Part shown: positions 19,038 to 29,902 of the stretch, in pieces
Numbering within the stretch: position 1 is the stretch's first letter
Layout of the letters: each line of letters starts with the position of its first letter
Origin: Fibrobacteria bacterium
GTDB taxonomy: Bacteria; Fibrobacterota; Fibrobacteria; UBA11236; JADFYW01
DNA: 64,000 nucleotides
Assembly: GCA_050294405.1 (NCBI GenBank)
Contig: JBNKOC010000012.1
Coordinates: forward strand, 224,001 to 288,000
Direction of reading: 5' to 3'
The notes under the pieces: generated by a model
The model's input: only the letters and a program-made list of their open reading frames with translations
Told to the model about the DNA's origin: nothing
Databases searched by the model: none
Program-made: the position numbers and the translations under genes

Positions 19038-20132
19038 TTATAATTCAAAACTATCCCAATGGCCACAGTCAGGGCAATGCCATTCGGGTTCCTTGGAAAT
19101 TCTTCCGCATGATTGACAGGAATAGGTGAATATATCGGGCAGCTGAGCCAGGGCAGATTTTAACTCGGGATAAGGCTGGTTTCCCGACTGGTTTTCCAGA
19201 GAAAAACGCAACAGCTCTCTTAAAGTTTCCTGTTTGGAAAGCTTATGGGACTCTATGCTTTTTAATGTGTCCAAAGCCTCTTCTTTTTCGCCTAATTTTA
19301 AATATTGCTTGAACAACCCCAATTTAGCCACAGTTTGGTGGGAGCCGCTCTGGCGCACCAGTTTTTGATATATGCCTAACAACTCATGATAGCGATTTAT
19401 TTCGTATAGGTACTGTTCTATTTCTGGTAAAATCCAGGGGCTTTTTTCAGGAGCGTTATCTAAGAGTTGTGCCCAGCATTCTAAAACCTTTTCGGGCTTT
19501 TGTTCTTCGCGATATAATCTGGCCAACAACATATAGGCCGGAGCGCATTTTTGATGGAGTTTAATGGCCTTTTGCAAAACTTTTTTCTTTTCTTTTCCGG
19601 GCATGTTGGGATCTGAGCGCACCAGTTCCACCTGATAGAGCGCCAGTTTGGCATCGGTACTTTCTCCACTGAGCTGGCAGTAAATTTTCCAATTTTTTTC
19701 GGCTGCGCTGTAGTTGCCCTGCATTTCCAGCAAATGGGTCAGCTGGTGGCGAGCTTCCAAATCTTCGGGGTACCTATCTACCCTTTGTTCGGCCAACATT
19801 TGGGCGCTGGAAAATTTTTTTGTGTCACAATAGGCTTTAATCAGGGCCCGCTCTGTTTTTTCCTTTAGGCTTTTTTCAAGATGTTCTCTTAAGAGTAAAT
19901 CCCGAAAAATTTTTTGAGCTCTGAGGCTGTCTTTTTTGTCGGAAAATAAAATACCCAGATGGTAATAGGCGCCGGTTAAATTGGAATCCAATTCCACGGC
20001 CCGGGAAAGTTGCTTAATGGCTATTTCTTTTTGGTTTTCAATAATGGAGCTTAAACCCTCGATGTATAGCTCCATTCCAGATTCGCTTTCGGCATTTTGC
20101 CTGGGTTTGCTTCGGGTTAGTAAACTAGCCAT
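19038..20132 (-). CDS. lapB: LPS assembly protein B-like (TPR + rubredoxin-type metal site)
   Basis: TPRs; C-terminal YSCQSCG...WHCPDCGHWDS; directly downstream of a lapA-like gene. Confidence 0.75.
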   Translation of the reverse strand: MASLLTRSKPRQNAESESGMELYIEGLSSIIENQKEIAIKQLSRAVELDSNLTGAYYHLGILFSDKKDSLRAQKIFRDLLLREHLEKSLKEKTERALIKAYCDTKKFSSAQMLAEQRVDRYPEDLEARHQLTHLLEMQGNYSAAEKNWKIYCQLSGESTDAKLALYQVELVRSDPNMPGKEKKKVLQKAIKLHQKCAPAYMLLARLYREEQKPEKVLECWAQLLDNAPEKSPWILPEIEQYLYEINRYHELLGIYQKLVRQSGSHQTVAKLGLFKQYLKLGEKEEALDTLKSIESHKLSKQETLRELLRFSLENQSGNQPYPELKSALAQLPDIFTYSCQSCGRISKEPEWHCPDCGHWDSFEL

Positions 20133-20134
20133 AA

Positions 20135-20476
20135 TTACTTATTGGGTTCGGGAGGCGCAATGGCGCTCTCGTCGGAAGTAAACTCGTCTTTAATGCTCAG
20201 GTTGCGGTACTTATTTAGCTCGGATGTGAGCTCTTTAATTTCCTTATCGCGCTGGCGGATGGTTTTTTTTAAATTTCTTTTTGCGCCCAATGTATAGGAG
20301 TACCAAAAAAACCAACCCATTCCAAAACTGCCCATAAGCCAAATCCAAAGGGGAAGTTCCTGGGAGCCTACCAGACGAAATTCAATAGATTGAACCAGAG
20401 GCGCCCAATTTTGCAGCACAAAAGCACCTAAAATAGCAAGAACTGCCCCCAGTATTATTTTTGTCATGGTTTTCAT
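20135..20476 (-). CDS. lapA: LapA family membrane protein
   Basis: TM-FVLQN...LPL-TM followed by a basic coiled coil; upstream of lapB. Confidence 0.7.
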   Translation of the reverse strand: MKTMTKIILGAVLAILGAFVLQNWAPLVQSIEFRLVGSQELPLWIWLMGSFGMGWFFWYSYTLGAKRNLKKTIRQRDKEIKELTSELNKYRNLSIKDEFTSDESAIAPPEPNK

Positions 20477-20505
20477 ATACCATCAATATATTATATATGC
20501 GGCTA

Positions 20506-21879
20506 TTAGGAAATAACTTTCCCGGCAAGTGTCATGCCCCTTCTCTCGGTAATTTTCACCTGCACAAAATGTCCTGGAAAAAAGCCTTCTTCATGAGGCA
20601 CTAAAACTTTTTTGAAACTGCCTGTTTTGCCTATCCACTCGCTTTTGTTCCTATGAGACGGGCCTTCCAGCAATATTTCTTCTTCTTTTCCCAGCATATT
20701 GTCCAGGTTTTCGATGGTAATTTGGTTTTGAATGTCGATTAATCCGGATAAGCGCTGGCTTTTTTCTTCTTGACTGAGGGTTTCCGGTTCTGCAAAAGCT
20801 TCTGTTCCTTCTCTGGGAGAATAGGAAAACATAAAAGCGTGATCAAAGCGAATTTCTTTTACAAGACTCAATGTATCTTGATAATCCTGCTCGCTCTCAC
20901 CCACAAAGCCTGTAATAATATCAGTGGTAAGGCCAATGCCGGGGATTTTTTCCCGGAGTTGCTGGATAATATTTAAAAATTCTGCTCTGTCGTATTGGCG
21001 GCGCATTTTTGCCAGCATCTTATCGCTGCCCGATTGCAGTGGCATATGTACATGGGGGCATATGTTGGGATATTTGGCCATCACATCAATAACATCCGGG
21101 GTAAAGTGCCTGGGGTGGGGCGAAGTAAAGCGAATTCTTTTTAAACCTTCTATTTGGCTTAATCTCTCTAATAAATTGGCAAATGTAACCAGCCCTTTAT
21201 CGGTTTTCCTGCGGTAAGAATTAACCGTTTGGCCCAGTAATGTGACTTCGGGGATACCCTCCAAAACAGCTCTGCGCACTTCTTCTTCCACTTCATCAGG
21301 GTCTCTGCTGCGTTCCTTGCCCCTTACAAATGGCACTATGCAATAGGAGCAATGTTTGTTACAACCGCGCATAATAGATACAAAAGCCGAAACTTTGGAG
21401 TCGAGCTTGGCTAACATGCCTTCGTAATTTTCAAAGCCGTTTATTTCGGTAAGAATTTTGGCTTTGTTTCCCTTGGAAGATTCAAATAGCTGGTTTTCCA
21501 ATTCTTTGTAATTGTCGGGGCCCACCACGAAATCCACATGAGACAGGCTCACGGGGATTTTTTCTCCGTGGTTTTGCGCCATACATCCAATCACGGCGAT
21601 TTTCAGCTCGGGATTTTTCTTTTTAAAATGGCGCATGCTGCTGATGCGGGCATAGGCTTTATCCTCGGCACCGCCTCGAATGGCACATGTATTCACCACA
21701 ATTAAATCCGCCTGGTTGGCCTCTTCGGTTTGCACCATCCCGCGCTTTTCCAGCATTTGGGCAATCATATTGGAGTCATATACATTCATCTGACAGCCGT
21801 AAGTAGCCAGGTAATAGGATTCCATTTTGCTTTCAGCCAGGGGCTGTTTTAATTCAGTTGTCGGTATATTCATTGTCAT
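20506..21879 (-). CDS. miaB: tRNA-i6A37 methylthiotransferase
   Basis: TYGCQMNVYDS, NTCAIR, GCMAQ, radical SAM CNKHCSYC, C-terminal TRAM domain. Confidence 0.95.
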   Translation of the reverse strand: MTMNIPTTELKQPLAESKMESYYLATYGCQMNVYDSNMIAQMLEKRGMVQTEEANQADLIVVNTCAIRGGAEDKAYARISSMRHFKKKNPELKIAVIGCMAQNHGEKIPVSLSHVDFVVGPDNYKELENQLFESSKGNKAKILTEINGFENYEGMLAKLDSKVSAFVSIMRGCNKHCSYCIVPFVRGKERSRDPDEVEEEVRRAVLEGIPEVTLLGQTVNSYRRKTDKGLVTFANLLERLSQIEGLKRIRFTSPHPRHFTPDVIDVMAKYPNICPHVHMPLQSGSDKMLAKMRRQYDRAEFLNIIQQLREKIPGIGLTTDIITGFVGESEQDYQDTLSLVKEIRFDHAFMFSYSPREGTEAFAEPETLSQEEKSQRLSGLIDIQNQITIENLDNMLGKEEEILLEGPSHRNKSEWIGKTGSFKKVLVPHEEGFFPGHFVQVKITERRGMTLAGKVIS

Positions 21880-21885
21880 GGTATT

Positions 21886-22551
21886 TCACGCCGGGACCGC
21901 CAGTTTTTTTATCAGCCATAAGCCATCCCTTGCGTGTGGTAAAATATAATCTGGATTTTCCTTTCTTAAAGTAAGCCCCCGGGAGAAGCCCGTTGCAATA
22001 GCCAAAGATTTACAGCCGGCATTTTTAGCCGCCTGCACGTCGGGGGCACTGTCTCCAATCATTAGGCAATTTTCTGCCTTAACTTTAAAATGACTAAATA
22101 TCTTTTGAATGCCCGAAGGATGGGGTTTTTTTTGGAAGACGGTGTCTCCGCACAAAACCAAAGAAAAATAGGAATCGATTTTTAATTTTTTTAGAATTTT
22201 GAGAGAATAAGCTTCACTTTTATTTGTTAAAACAGCCAAATTCAGATGTTTAAAGGCTTCTAACATTCCCTGGATACCGGGGTACAAGTGGGTTTTTTCA
22301 CAGCAATTTTCAAGATAACAGGCCTTGAAGCTTTCCATCAGTTCCTTTGATTTTACTGAGTCCAGGCTAAAATTTTCTGGTAAACAGCGCTTTAAAAGCA
22401 TTTCTAGCCCCAAACCCACCCGATTGACAACTTCTAGCTGGCTGCGAACTGGAAAGCCTTCTCTTTTTAAGGCATAATTCACACAATAGGTTAAATCTTC
22501 TTTGGTATTGGCAAGAGTGCCGTCTAAATCAAAAATCAAAGTATTTATCAC
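21886..22551 (-). CDS. HAD-family phosphatase (phosphoglycolate phosphatase-like)
   Basis: FDLDGTL, LTNK, KKPHP, MIGDSAPDVQAA; GTG start. Confidence 0.85.
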   Translation of the reverse strand: MINTLIFDLDGTLANTKEDLTYCVNYALKREGFPVRSQLEVVNRVGLGLEMLLKRCLPENFSLDSVKSKELMESFKACYLENCCEKTHLYPGIQGMLEAFKHLNLAVLTNKSEAYSLKILKKLKIDSYFSLVLCGDTVFQKKPHPSGIQKIFSHFKVKAENCLMIGDSAPDVQAAKNAGCKSLAIATGFSRGLTLRKENPDYILPHARDGLWLIKKLAVPA

Positions 22552-22630
22552 AAAGAGAATTTAATTAATGTGCCCCTTTTTGTTGCGGAGCAAAAATTTA
22601 GATTAATCGCCAGGTAGGGATGGGCCATAT

Positions 22631-23362
22631 ATGAGGGTAATAGCTGCAATACACGATGTTCACGCCTGCAATTATGAGCAGGTGGAATTTTTTCTCAATA
22701 TGTTTAGCCCGGATTTGCGTAAAAAATTCGCCCTGATGGTGGTTCCAAATTACAAAAGCCACGCCATGCTTTGCCAAACCCCTCCTTTTAGAGCCTGGTT
22801 GCAGGAAAAAGTGGAGCAGGGCAATGAAATTTTCGCCCATGGTTTGTACCACATGGCTCCGGAAATTGCTGTGAAATCAGTGGAAAGTATTCCCATTCAA
22901 TACAGCCGGAATATGTGGGGAAAAATGGTGAATCGCTTTTTGGTGGATGGGGAAGCTGAGTTTTGCGGCCTAAAGGAAAAGCAAAAAATGGAAGTGGCTA
23001 AAGCCTCCATGAGCGCATTTGCAGAATGGAATATTCCGGTTTCGGGTATTGTGGTTCCTACCTGGTATGGCAGTTTAAAAGAAAAAACCCTAAATCAGTT
23101 AAGGGTCCAATGGGCGGAGTCTCGTTTTAAAATTTATAATTTAGCCCAAAAAACCCATAAATGGATTCTTCCCTTTTCTTTTACCCCTGATCTGTGTCCG
23201 GGAAGCTTTAAGGAAAAACTTCACAATTCCGCATTAAAAGTATATGGAAACCTGTTGCCTATATTTCGCCTGGCCTTGCACCCGCCGGATTTTGAAAACC
23301 CCTTGCTTCCTGTAATTTTAGCGGAAGCCATTTTTTTGAGTTATCGCGAAATTTGGCAATAA
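22631..23362 (+). CDS. DUF2334 / polysaccharide deacetylase-like protein
   Basis: AIHDV, LMVVPN, EIFAHGLYH, GEAEF, RLALHPPD. Confidence 0.75.
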   Translation: MRVIAAIHDVHACNYEQVEFFLNMFSPDLRKKFALMVVPNYKSHAMLCQTPPFRAWLQEKVEQGNEIFAHGLYHMAPEIAVKSVESIPIQYSRNMWGKMVNRFLVDGEAEFCGLKEKQKMEVAKASMSAFAEWNIPVSGIVVPTWYGSLKEKTLNQLRVQWAESRFKIYNLAQKTHKWILPFSFTPDLCPGSFKEKLHNSALKVYGNLLPIFRLALHPPDFENPLLPVILAEAIFLSYREIWQ

Positions 23363-23432
23363 TTTGCCTTCGAGGTGCAATTTTTCGCGAAAGATATATT
23401 TTTTAGCCTGTAACAATATTTCAAAGGCTAAA

Positions 23433-24470
23433 ATGACCACCCTTGTCCATCATGAAATCACGCCTCTTGAGCTCTACGAAAAGCTAAAGCATGTGCGTAT
23501 TGGGGGGGATGTATGTTATTACACAGAAGCGCGCTGCGCTGAAATCGCACCCCTAATTAATGAAATTAATGCCTTAAAGCAGGAAAAAAACGCTGTTATT
23601 TTGGCTCATTCCTATGTTTCTCCCGATATTATATTCGGAGTTGCGGATTACAGCGGCGACTCTTATGGTTTAAGCCTGGACGCCCAAAAAACCAAGGCTT
23701 CTACAATTGTTTTTAGCGCGGTAAAGTTTATGGGCGAAACAGCTAAGCTGCTAAACCCCGAAAAAGAAGTTTTGATACCCGCGGAATTAAACGGATGTTC
23801 CCTGGCAGATTCTATTAGCGGGCAGAAAGTGCGGGAACTCAAGGAAAAATACCCCAATCATGCCTTTATATGTTATATAAATACGACTGCCGATGTAAAA
23901 GCGGAGTGCGATGTATGTGTAACATCCTCCAATGTATACGATATCGTGGAGCGTTATCCCAATAAAGATATTGTGTTTTTACCTGATAAGTTAATGGGGT
24001 TAAACATAATCGAAGAGCTTAAACGCCGTGGGGTGGATAAAAATATTGTGATTTACGATGGAGTGTGTTATGTACACGAAACATACGACCCGGAAATGAT
24101 TGAATACCTGCGCCTGGAATACCCGGATTTGAAAGTATTGAGCCATCCCGAATGCAGCCCCGGAGTCCTTCACGAAAGCGATTATGTGGGCAGCACCAGC
24201 CAAATGCTAAAGTATGTGCAAAATTCTGAGGCTAAAAACTTTTTTATGTTAACAGAATGCGGGTTGACCAGCCGTTTACAGGTGGAAGCCAGGGATAAAA
24301 ACTTTGTGGGAAGTTGCACCCAATGCAAATACATGAAGGCAAATACCCTGGAAAATATTTTGAGTTGCCTGAAAAATCCCCAGCCCTATCAACAGATAAA
24401 AATCGAGAGCCAAATTCAGGACCGGGCCAGACAATGTATTGAGGCCATGTTTAAATGGGCAAAAGGATAA
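23433..24470 (+). CDS. nadA: Quinolinate synthase
   Basis: ILAHSY, GDSY, GCSLAD, CYINT, TSSN, CYVH, HPEC, CKYMK; ATG at 23433. Confidence 0.95.
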   Translation: MTTLVHHEITPLELYEKLKHVRIGGDVCYYTEARCAEIAPLINEINALKQEKNAVILAHSYVSPDIIFGVADYSGDSYGLSLDAQKTKASTIVFSAVKFMGETAKLLNPEKEVLIPAELNGCSLADSISGQKVRELKEKYPNHAFICYINTTADVKAECDVCVTSSNVYDIVERYPNKDIVFLPDKLMGLNIIEELKRRGVDKNIVIYDGVCYVHETYDPEMIEYLRLEYPDLKVLSHPECSPGVLHESDYVGSTSQMLKYVQNSEAKNFFMLTECGLTSRLQVEARDKNFVGSCTQCKYMKANTLENILSCLKNPQPYQQIKIESQIQDRARQCIEAMFKWAKG

Positions 24471-24494
24471 ATCTTAAAATTATGGCGGTAAGCT

Positions 24495-25034
24495 TTGAGC
24501 GGATTTGAAAAAGTATCCAATAAAACCATCCTTTATTTAGACCTGGCGGTGTGCGGGGTCATAATATTGTTTTTAGTATGGTTGGTTTATTTTAAGGAGA
24601 GTGCCGGGGCGCCATCCAGTCTTGAATTTTTACCTGCGGTAAATGCCAGCTTAAATGCTTTTAGCGCTTTGTGTTTGACTCTGGGTTTTGTTTTTGTGAA
24701 AAACGGCCGTTTGTTTGCGCATAAGGTAATGATGAACAATGCGGTGGTGGCTTCTGGTTTGTTTTTTATCAGCTATGTCATATACCACAGCTTTCACGGG
24801 GATACCAAATTTATTGGCGAGGGTTTTTTACGCTTTAGCTATTTTTTCATTTTGATTTCCCATATAATACTTTCGGTTATAACTTTGCCCTTAATAATAT
24901 TTACTTATACCATGGGCGTATCCGGACGCCTGGAGCAGCACAGAAAAATTGCTAAAATTACCCTGCCCATTTGGCTCTATGTTTCCATTACCGGTGTGGT
25001 TATTTTCTTTTATTTGAAATATTTAAGCGGGTAA
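24495..25034 (+). CDS. DUF420 membrane protein (CtaM/YozB-like oxidase assembly factor)
   Basis: LPAVNASLN, HKVMM, YFFILISHIILS, HRKIAKITLPIWLYVSITGV. Confidence 0.85.
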   Translation: MSGFEKVSNKTILYLDLAVCGVIILFLVWLVYFKESAGAPSSLEFLPAVNASLNAFSALCLTLGFVFVKNGRLFAHKVMMNNAVVASGLFFISYVIYHSFHGDTKFIGEGFLRFSYFFILISHIILSVITLPLIIFTYTMGVSGRLEQHRKIAKITLPIWLYVSITGVVIFFYLKYLSG

Positions 25035-25061
25035 AAAAGCGCAGTTGGGATTCAAAACATT

Positions 25062-25928
25062 ATGAAAAAAATAAAAGGCATAATTGAACTTCTAAAACTC
25101 AGAATGACAGTTTTTATTCTGGTTTCAGTGAGTTTTGGATTTATCTACGGAAAACCCGAATCCGTTTCCTGGACACCTATGTGGTGGGCTCTATTGGGCT
25201 CGGCACTGCTGGCTTTTGCCTGTTTTGGAATCAATCAGCTTTTGGAAATCGACAGGGACGGTATGATGGTGCGCACCCAAAATCGTCCTCTGGTAAAAGG
25301 AGTTGTCCACAAAATCGAGGGCTGGATATTAAGCCTGGTATGTTGGGGGTTGGGGTTCTGGATTTTGTGGGATAAGGTTAACCTTCTGAGCGCCTGGATT
25401 GGCTTTTTTATTGTTTTTAGCTATTGCTTTTTATATACCCCCACTAAAAGGTGGACCACCCTTAATACTTTAATAGGGGCTATCCCTGGTTCCTTACCTC
25501 CAGTTTTGGGGTGGGCTGCGGCTCAGAATGGTATTGGAAAAGGGGCTGCCTTGCTTTTTTTGATTCTGTTTTTTTGGCAATTGCCACATTTTTTAGCCAT
25601 TGCCTGGCTTTATCGGGAAGATTACAGCAAAGGGAAGTTTGCCATGCTTTCGGTGGTGGATGATTCTGGAGAATCCTGTTTCCGACAGATTATTATACAG
25701 ACTACTTTTTTAATTTTTGTATCGTTGATGCCCATTGTATGGGGCTTGGCGGGATTTTTCTATTTGGGAATAGCCCTTTTGGCGGGCTCTTACTTTTTGT
25801 ACAAAGGTATTGTGCTATACAAAAACAAGTCCGCTCAATCGGCTCGTTCCTTGTTTTACTACTCTCTTTTATATCTCCCTTTTTTGCTATTATCTCTGGT
25901 TTTAGATTCCACCGTGGTTTATTTATAG
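25062..25928 (+). CDS. ctaB: Protoheme IX farnesyltransferase (heme O synthase)
   Basis: NQLLEIDRDGMMVRTQNRPL, YTPTKR, GAIPG, WQLPHFLAIAW..REDY. Confidence 0.93.
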   Translation: MKKIKGIIELLKLRMTVFILVSVSFGFIYGKPESVSWTPMWWALLGSALLAFACFGINQLLEIDRDGMMVRTQNRPLVKGVVHKIEGWILSLVCWGLGFWILWDKVNLLSAWIGFFIVFSYCFLYTPTKRWTTLNTLIGAIPGSLPPVLGWAAAQNGIGKGAALLFLILFFWQLPHFLAIAWLYREDYSKGKFAMLSVVDDSGESCFRQIIIQTTFLIFVSLMPIVWGLAGFFYLGIALLAGSYFLYKGIVLYKNKSAQSARSLFYYSLLYLPFLLLSLVLDSTVVYL

Positions 25929-26020
25929 AAACCAGTTGGGGATAATTTTTTTCTCGCTGCAAAACTTTTCTTTTTTTTTTATTCTGGCCAATTTTTCATT
26001 GAAAAAAAGCCTAGCAGATA

Positions 26021-26049
26021 TTGCAAGGCCCAGGAACATTATCTATGAT
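26021..26049 (+). promoter_or_regulatory. Sigma70-type promoter of the act/cox operon
   Basis: TTGCAA-N17-TATGAT, about 90 nt upstream of the actA GTG. Confidence 0.55.
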
Positions 26050-26139
26050 TTGTGGCATTCAATTTTCTGAAGTTGAATTGGTTTTTCTTTATTTTAATTA
26101 ACATTCAACATTGTAGAATCCTCTGAAAGGAATTATTAG

Positions 26140-26790
26140 GTGATTTTTCCCCGTTGGACTAACTTAATTCCCTATGTATTACCAGTTGTATTGTTAGGTG
26201 GGGGTATCTCCACAGTCTTTGTTTTTTGGTACTGGTTTTCAGATAAACACTTGGTAGTGGGCTACCAGCCCGAGCAACCCATTAAATACAGCCACAAATT
26301 ACACGTCAATGATTTGGGAATTGACTGTCGTTATTGCCACTACAATGTTGAAAAATCTCCTGTGGCAGGGGTTCCTCCCACACAGGTTTGTATGAACTGT
26401 CATACAAAAATAAAAACGGACTCTCCCGAAATTCAAAAACTCACAAAGTATCACGAAGACAATGTTCCCGTGCCCTGGGTCCGGGTTCACGACTCACCTG
26501 ATTATGTATATTTCGACCACAGTGCCCACGTCAATAAAGGTGTGAGCTGTAAAGAATGTCATGGTCGTGTGGATCAAATGGAAGAAGTGTATCACGCAGA
26601 GCCATTGGAAATGTCCTGGTGTCTGGATTGTCACAAAGATCCGGCCCCCCGTTTAAGAGACAGGAGTCTGGTTACCGATTTAAGTTGGTCTCCTGATTCC
26701 ATTGGGATGGATGCCAGAGAATACGGCTCTCAGTTTATGGAAAAGTATCAGGTTAAAACAAGATTGGATTGTTCGACATGTCACAGGTAA
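26140..26790 (+). CDS. actA: Alternative complex III subunit A, pentaheme cytochrome c
   Basis: N-terminal TM, GYQPEQPI, five CxxCH (CRYCH, CMNCH, CKECH, CLDCH, CSTCH). Confidence 0.92.
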   Translation: MIFPRWTNLIPYVLPVVLLGGGISTVFVFWYWFSDKHLVVGYQPEQPIKYSHKLHVNDLGIDCRYCHYNVEKSPVAGVPPTQVCMNCHTKIKTDSPEIQKLTKYHEDNVPVPWVRVHDSPDYVYFDHSAHVNKGVSCKECHGRVDQMEEVYHAEPLEMSWCLDCHKDPAPRLRDRSLVTDLSWSPDSIGMDAREYGSQFMEKYQVKTRLDCSTCHR

Positions 26791-29700
26791 CCCCTAATAA
26801 TCCTGAAAGCAGGAAAAGAGGTGATGGCGGAATTGTAGGCGCCATGTCCGGTTCCAAAAAGTTTTGGAAAAGCATGGATGAGTTTGCCGACTCTTCATCT
26901 TATCGTGAATATGTAGAAAGGGAATTTCCCGAATCGGCTTCAGAGTTACTGGATCCTGTATCCCGCCGTTCCTTTTTGGGAATTATGGCCTCTTCCATGG
27001 CTTTGGCTGGAGTTACCGGTTGTAATTTAATCCGTCGCCCCGAACAAAAAATTCTTCCTTACAACAATCAGCCCGAAGAAATTATCCCTGGAAGACCTTT
27101 ATATTTTGCCACTACCATGGCTATAGGTGAAGAAGTTACCGGACTTGTTATAGAAAGTCACGAAGGACGTCCCACCAAAGTGGAGGGAAACCCAAATCAC
27201 CCAGGCAGTATGGGTGCTGCTTCAAAGTTTAATCAGGCTTCTATTTTAGAATTGTATAACCCCGACCGTGCCAAGTCCGTTTCTCAAAATGGCAAGGACT
27301 CCAATTGGGAAAGCCTATGGAGCGAATTGGGAAACAATCTTTCCGGTGATGGTTCTGGAGTGCGTGTTTTGTCTGAATACATTACTTCACCTTCAGTAGC
27401 TCAATTCAGGCAAAAATTTTTAGAAAAATACCCCAATGCCCGTTGGCACAGTTACGAATCAGTAAATAGCGACAACGAAAAAGCGGGCTTAAAAGCAGCT
27501 ACCGGTCTTTCACTTTCCACCTTATTGCAATTGGATAAGGCCATGAGGGTTCTATCTATCGATTGCGACTTTTTAGGCACAGAGCTCAATCAGATTCCCA
27601 ATACGAAAAATTGGGTAAAATTACGGGACCCCGATAAGGGTTCTATGAGCCGACTTTACATGGCTGAGTCCTTGTACTCTGTAACGGGTTCCCGAGCGGA
27701 TCACCGTTTAAAATTAAAACCCACTGACTTAGGTAAGTTTTTATGGTTGGTTGCCGATGAACTTTTCAACCATCACAATCTTGCCCTGCCTGCTGGATTA
27801 GGTCCTGAATTTAAATCACTGTGCAATTCTGGTGCAGGTTTGGCCAAAGGAATTCATCAGGACAAATGGGTTAAAACGGTTGCCGCTGACCTATTAAAAT
27901 CAGGGGGTAGCAGTCTGGTATGTGTTGGCAAAAGCCAAGAACCCGGAATTCACGCCCTGGCCTTCGCCATTAACATGGCATTGGGTGCAGTTGGTCGCAC
28001 GGTTCAATACAAAAAATCTCAGATTTCAGACTTTAATGAGGTTCCCTTAAATAGCGTTGGGAGTCTACGCGAATTGACATTCGCCATGTCTCAAAATAAA
28101 GTAAACAGCTTAATCATTATCGGAGGAAACCCAGCGTATTCGGCTCCTTCTGATATTCCATTTGCAAAAGAATTGCCTAAGGTTAAAAACAGTTTTCATT
28201 TTACCTTAGAGGCCAATGAAACATCGGCCTTAGCCCATTGGGTGGCTCCTCGTTCTCATTTTCTGGAATCCTGGGGAGATGCCGCCGCTATTGATGGAAG
28301 CCTAAGCATAGCCCAGCCTTTAATCCAACCTTTATACGACACTAAATCCACTGTGGAATTTGTAGCAGGTCTTGCGGGAGAAACTTCCAAAAACAGCTAT
28401 GAACTTGTTCAGGGTTACTGGTTGGAACGTACAGCTACAGAGTCTTTTAGCGGATATTGGAATAAATGGATTCACGATGGTTTAATCGCCAATACTCAGG
28501 CTCCCAATGTAGCTGCTCCCATCGAAACAGCCGGTTTATCTTCCAGCCTGCAAAAAAATCTTGAATCTATTCGCAAATTAAAAATAGGCGAGTTAGAACT
28601 GGTTTTCGCAGAGCACCCTTGTTTGTTTGATGGGCGTTATGCAAATAACCCCTGGCTTCAGGAGTTGCCCGATCCCATGTCCAGACTGACTTGGGATAAC
28701 GCCGCTATAATGAGTGTAAAAACTGCTGAAAAATATGGATTAAAAAACAGTATTTTATTGGAAGAGCTTACCGGTACTCCGCTTGGCAAGTACAATATGC
28801 CTTTGGTGGAAATCTCTCACCGAAATCAAAAATTAGTGCTCCCCGCTTATGTTTTACCCGGACTTGCTGACGACACTGTATACATATCTTTGGGGTATGG
28901 CAGAACTCAGGCAGGTAAAGTGGGAACCGGAACCGGATTTAATGCTGCTTTACTCCAAACCGGCCACGATTATTACATGGCTTCCAGCGCCAGTTTGCGC
29001 AAAACAGGTGGCACTTATGCCCTAGCTTCAGTTCAGGAACACTGGAGCATGGAAGGCCGTGATTTGGTAAGAGTGGAGACCAATACGGATTCACATAACG
29101 AACATCATGGTCACGGCGCCTATCCCAGCTTGTTTAAGGAACACGACTACTCCGAAGGCATGCAATGGGGTATGGTTATTGACCTTAACAAATGCACAGG
29201 ATGCGGTAACTGCGTTACTGCCTGTCAGGCTGAAAATAATATTCCCATTGTTGGCAAATCAAATGTACTCAATAACAGGGAAATGCACTGGATTAGAATC
29301 GACAGATATTTTGAAGGAGATATGGACAATCCTTCGGTGGTGCACCAGGGAGTTGCTTGCCAGCAATGCGAAATGGCCCCATGCGAAACCGTATGTCCAG
29401 TTGCTGCAACGGTACACTCTTCCGAAGGCCTTAATGATATGGCCTATAACCGTTGTATCGGAACCCGCTATTGCTCTAACAACTGTCCTTATAAAGTGCG
29501 TCGCTTTAACTTTTTTAATTACACAAATGAGTATACCGAAACAGAAAAAATGGGACAAAACCCCGATGTTTCCGTTCGTTTCCGCGGTGTAATGGAAAAG
29601 TGCAGTTATTGCGTCCAGAGGATTAATGAACAACGCATTGTTCATAAAAATAAGGGTGAAGAAGTCATAGCCGATGGCGCAGTGGTTCCGGCTTGTCAGC

Positions 29701-29897
29701 AAACTTGCCCTGCTGATGCAATTGTGTTTGGCAACATCAACGACAAAAAGAGCAAAGTTGCTGAGTTAAAGCACAATCACAGAAATTACGACCTTCTGGC
29801 CGAAACAAATTCACGGCCCAGAACTTCTTATTTGTCCAGAGTGGTTAACCCTAACCCTGCTCTGGCAAGCGAAACATCTCACGGAGGCCATAGTTAA
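26778..29897 (+). CDS. actB: Alternative complex III subunit B (molybdopterin-oxidoreductase-like + Fe-S domain); start may be 26778 or 26844
   Basis: Extended TAT leader (FWKS...REFP...SRRSFL...TGC), [11 protein letters not shown], four Fe-S motifs including the 3Fe-4S-type CIGTRYC. Confidence 0.92.
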   Translation: MSQVTPNNPESRKRGDGGIVGAMSGSKKFWKSMDEFADSSSYREYVEREFPESASELLDPVSRRSFLGIMASSMALAGVTGCNLIRRPEQKILPYNNQPEEIIPGRPLYFATTMAIGEEVTGLVIESHEGRPTKVEGNPNHPGSMGAASKFNQASILELYNPDRAKSVSQNGKDSNWESLWSELGNNLSGDGSGVRVLSEYITSPSVAQFRQKFLEKYPNARWHSYESVNSDNEKAGLKAATGLSLSTLLQLDKAMRVLSIDCDFLGTELNQIPNTKNWVKLRDPDKGSMSRLYMAESLYSVTGSRADHRLKLKPTDLGKFLWLVADELFNHHNLALPAGLGPEFKSLCNSGAGLAKGIHQDKWVKTVAADLLKSGGSSLVCVGKSQEPGIHALAFAINMALGAVGRTVQYKKSQISDFNEVPLNSVGSLRELTFAMSQNKVNSLIIIGGNPAYSAPSDIPFAKELPKVKNSFHFTLEANETSALAHWVAPRSHFLESWGDAAAIDGSLSIAQPLIQPLYDTKSTVEFVAGLAGETSKNSYELVQGYWLERTATESFSGYWNKWIHDGLIANTQAPNVAAPIETAGLSSSLQKNLESIRKLKIGELELVFAEHPCLFDGRYANNPWLQELPDPMSRLTWDNAAIMSVKTAEKYGLKNSILLEELTGTPLGKYNMPLVEISHRNQKLVLPAYVLPGLADDTVYISLGYGRTQAGKVGTGTGFNAALLQTGHDYYMASSASLRKTGGTYALASVQEHWSMEGRDLVRVETNTDSHNEHHGHGAYPSLFKEHDYSEGMQWGMVIDLNKCTGCGNCVTACQAENNIPIVGKSNVLNNREMHWIRIDRYFEGDMDNPSVVHQGVACQQCEMAPCETVCPVAATVHSSEGLNDMAYNRCIGTRYCSNNCPYKVRRFNFFNYTNEYTETEKMGQNPDVSVRFRGVMEKCSYCVQRINEQRIVHKNKGEEVIADGAVVPACQQTCPADAIVFGNINDKKSKVAELKHNHRNYDLLAETNSRPRTSYLSRVVNPNPALASETSHGGHS

Positions 29898-29902
29898 ACG
29901 AA

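Noticed and set aside
26778..29150. ActB N-terminal region as an active molybdoenzyme
   Set aside because: The context is ACIII, whose B1 domain is known to lack the Mo cofactor; no N-terminal Fe-S motif is visible
29107..29702. Overlapping alternative-frame and antisense ORFs of 147-161 aa within actB, and similar shadow ORFs throughout the window
   Set aside because: Fully nested in well-supported genes and lacking motifs
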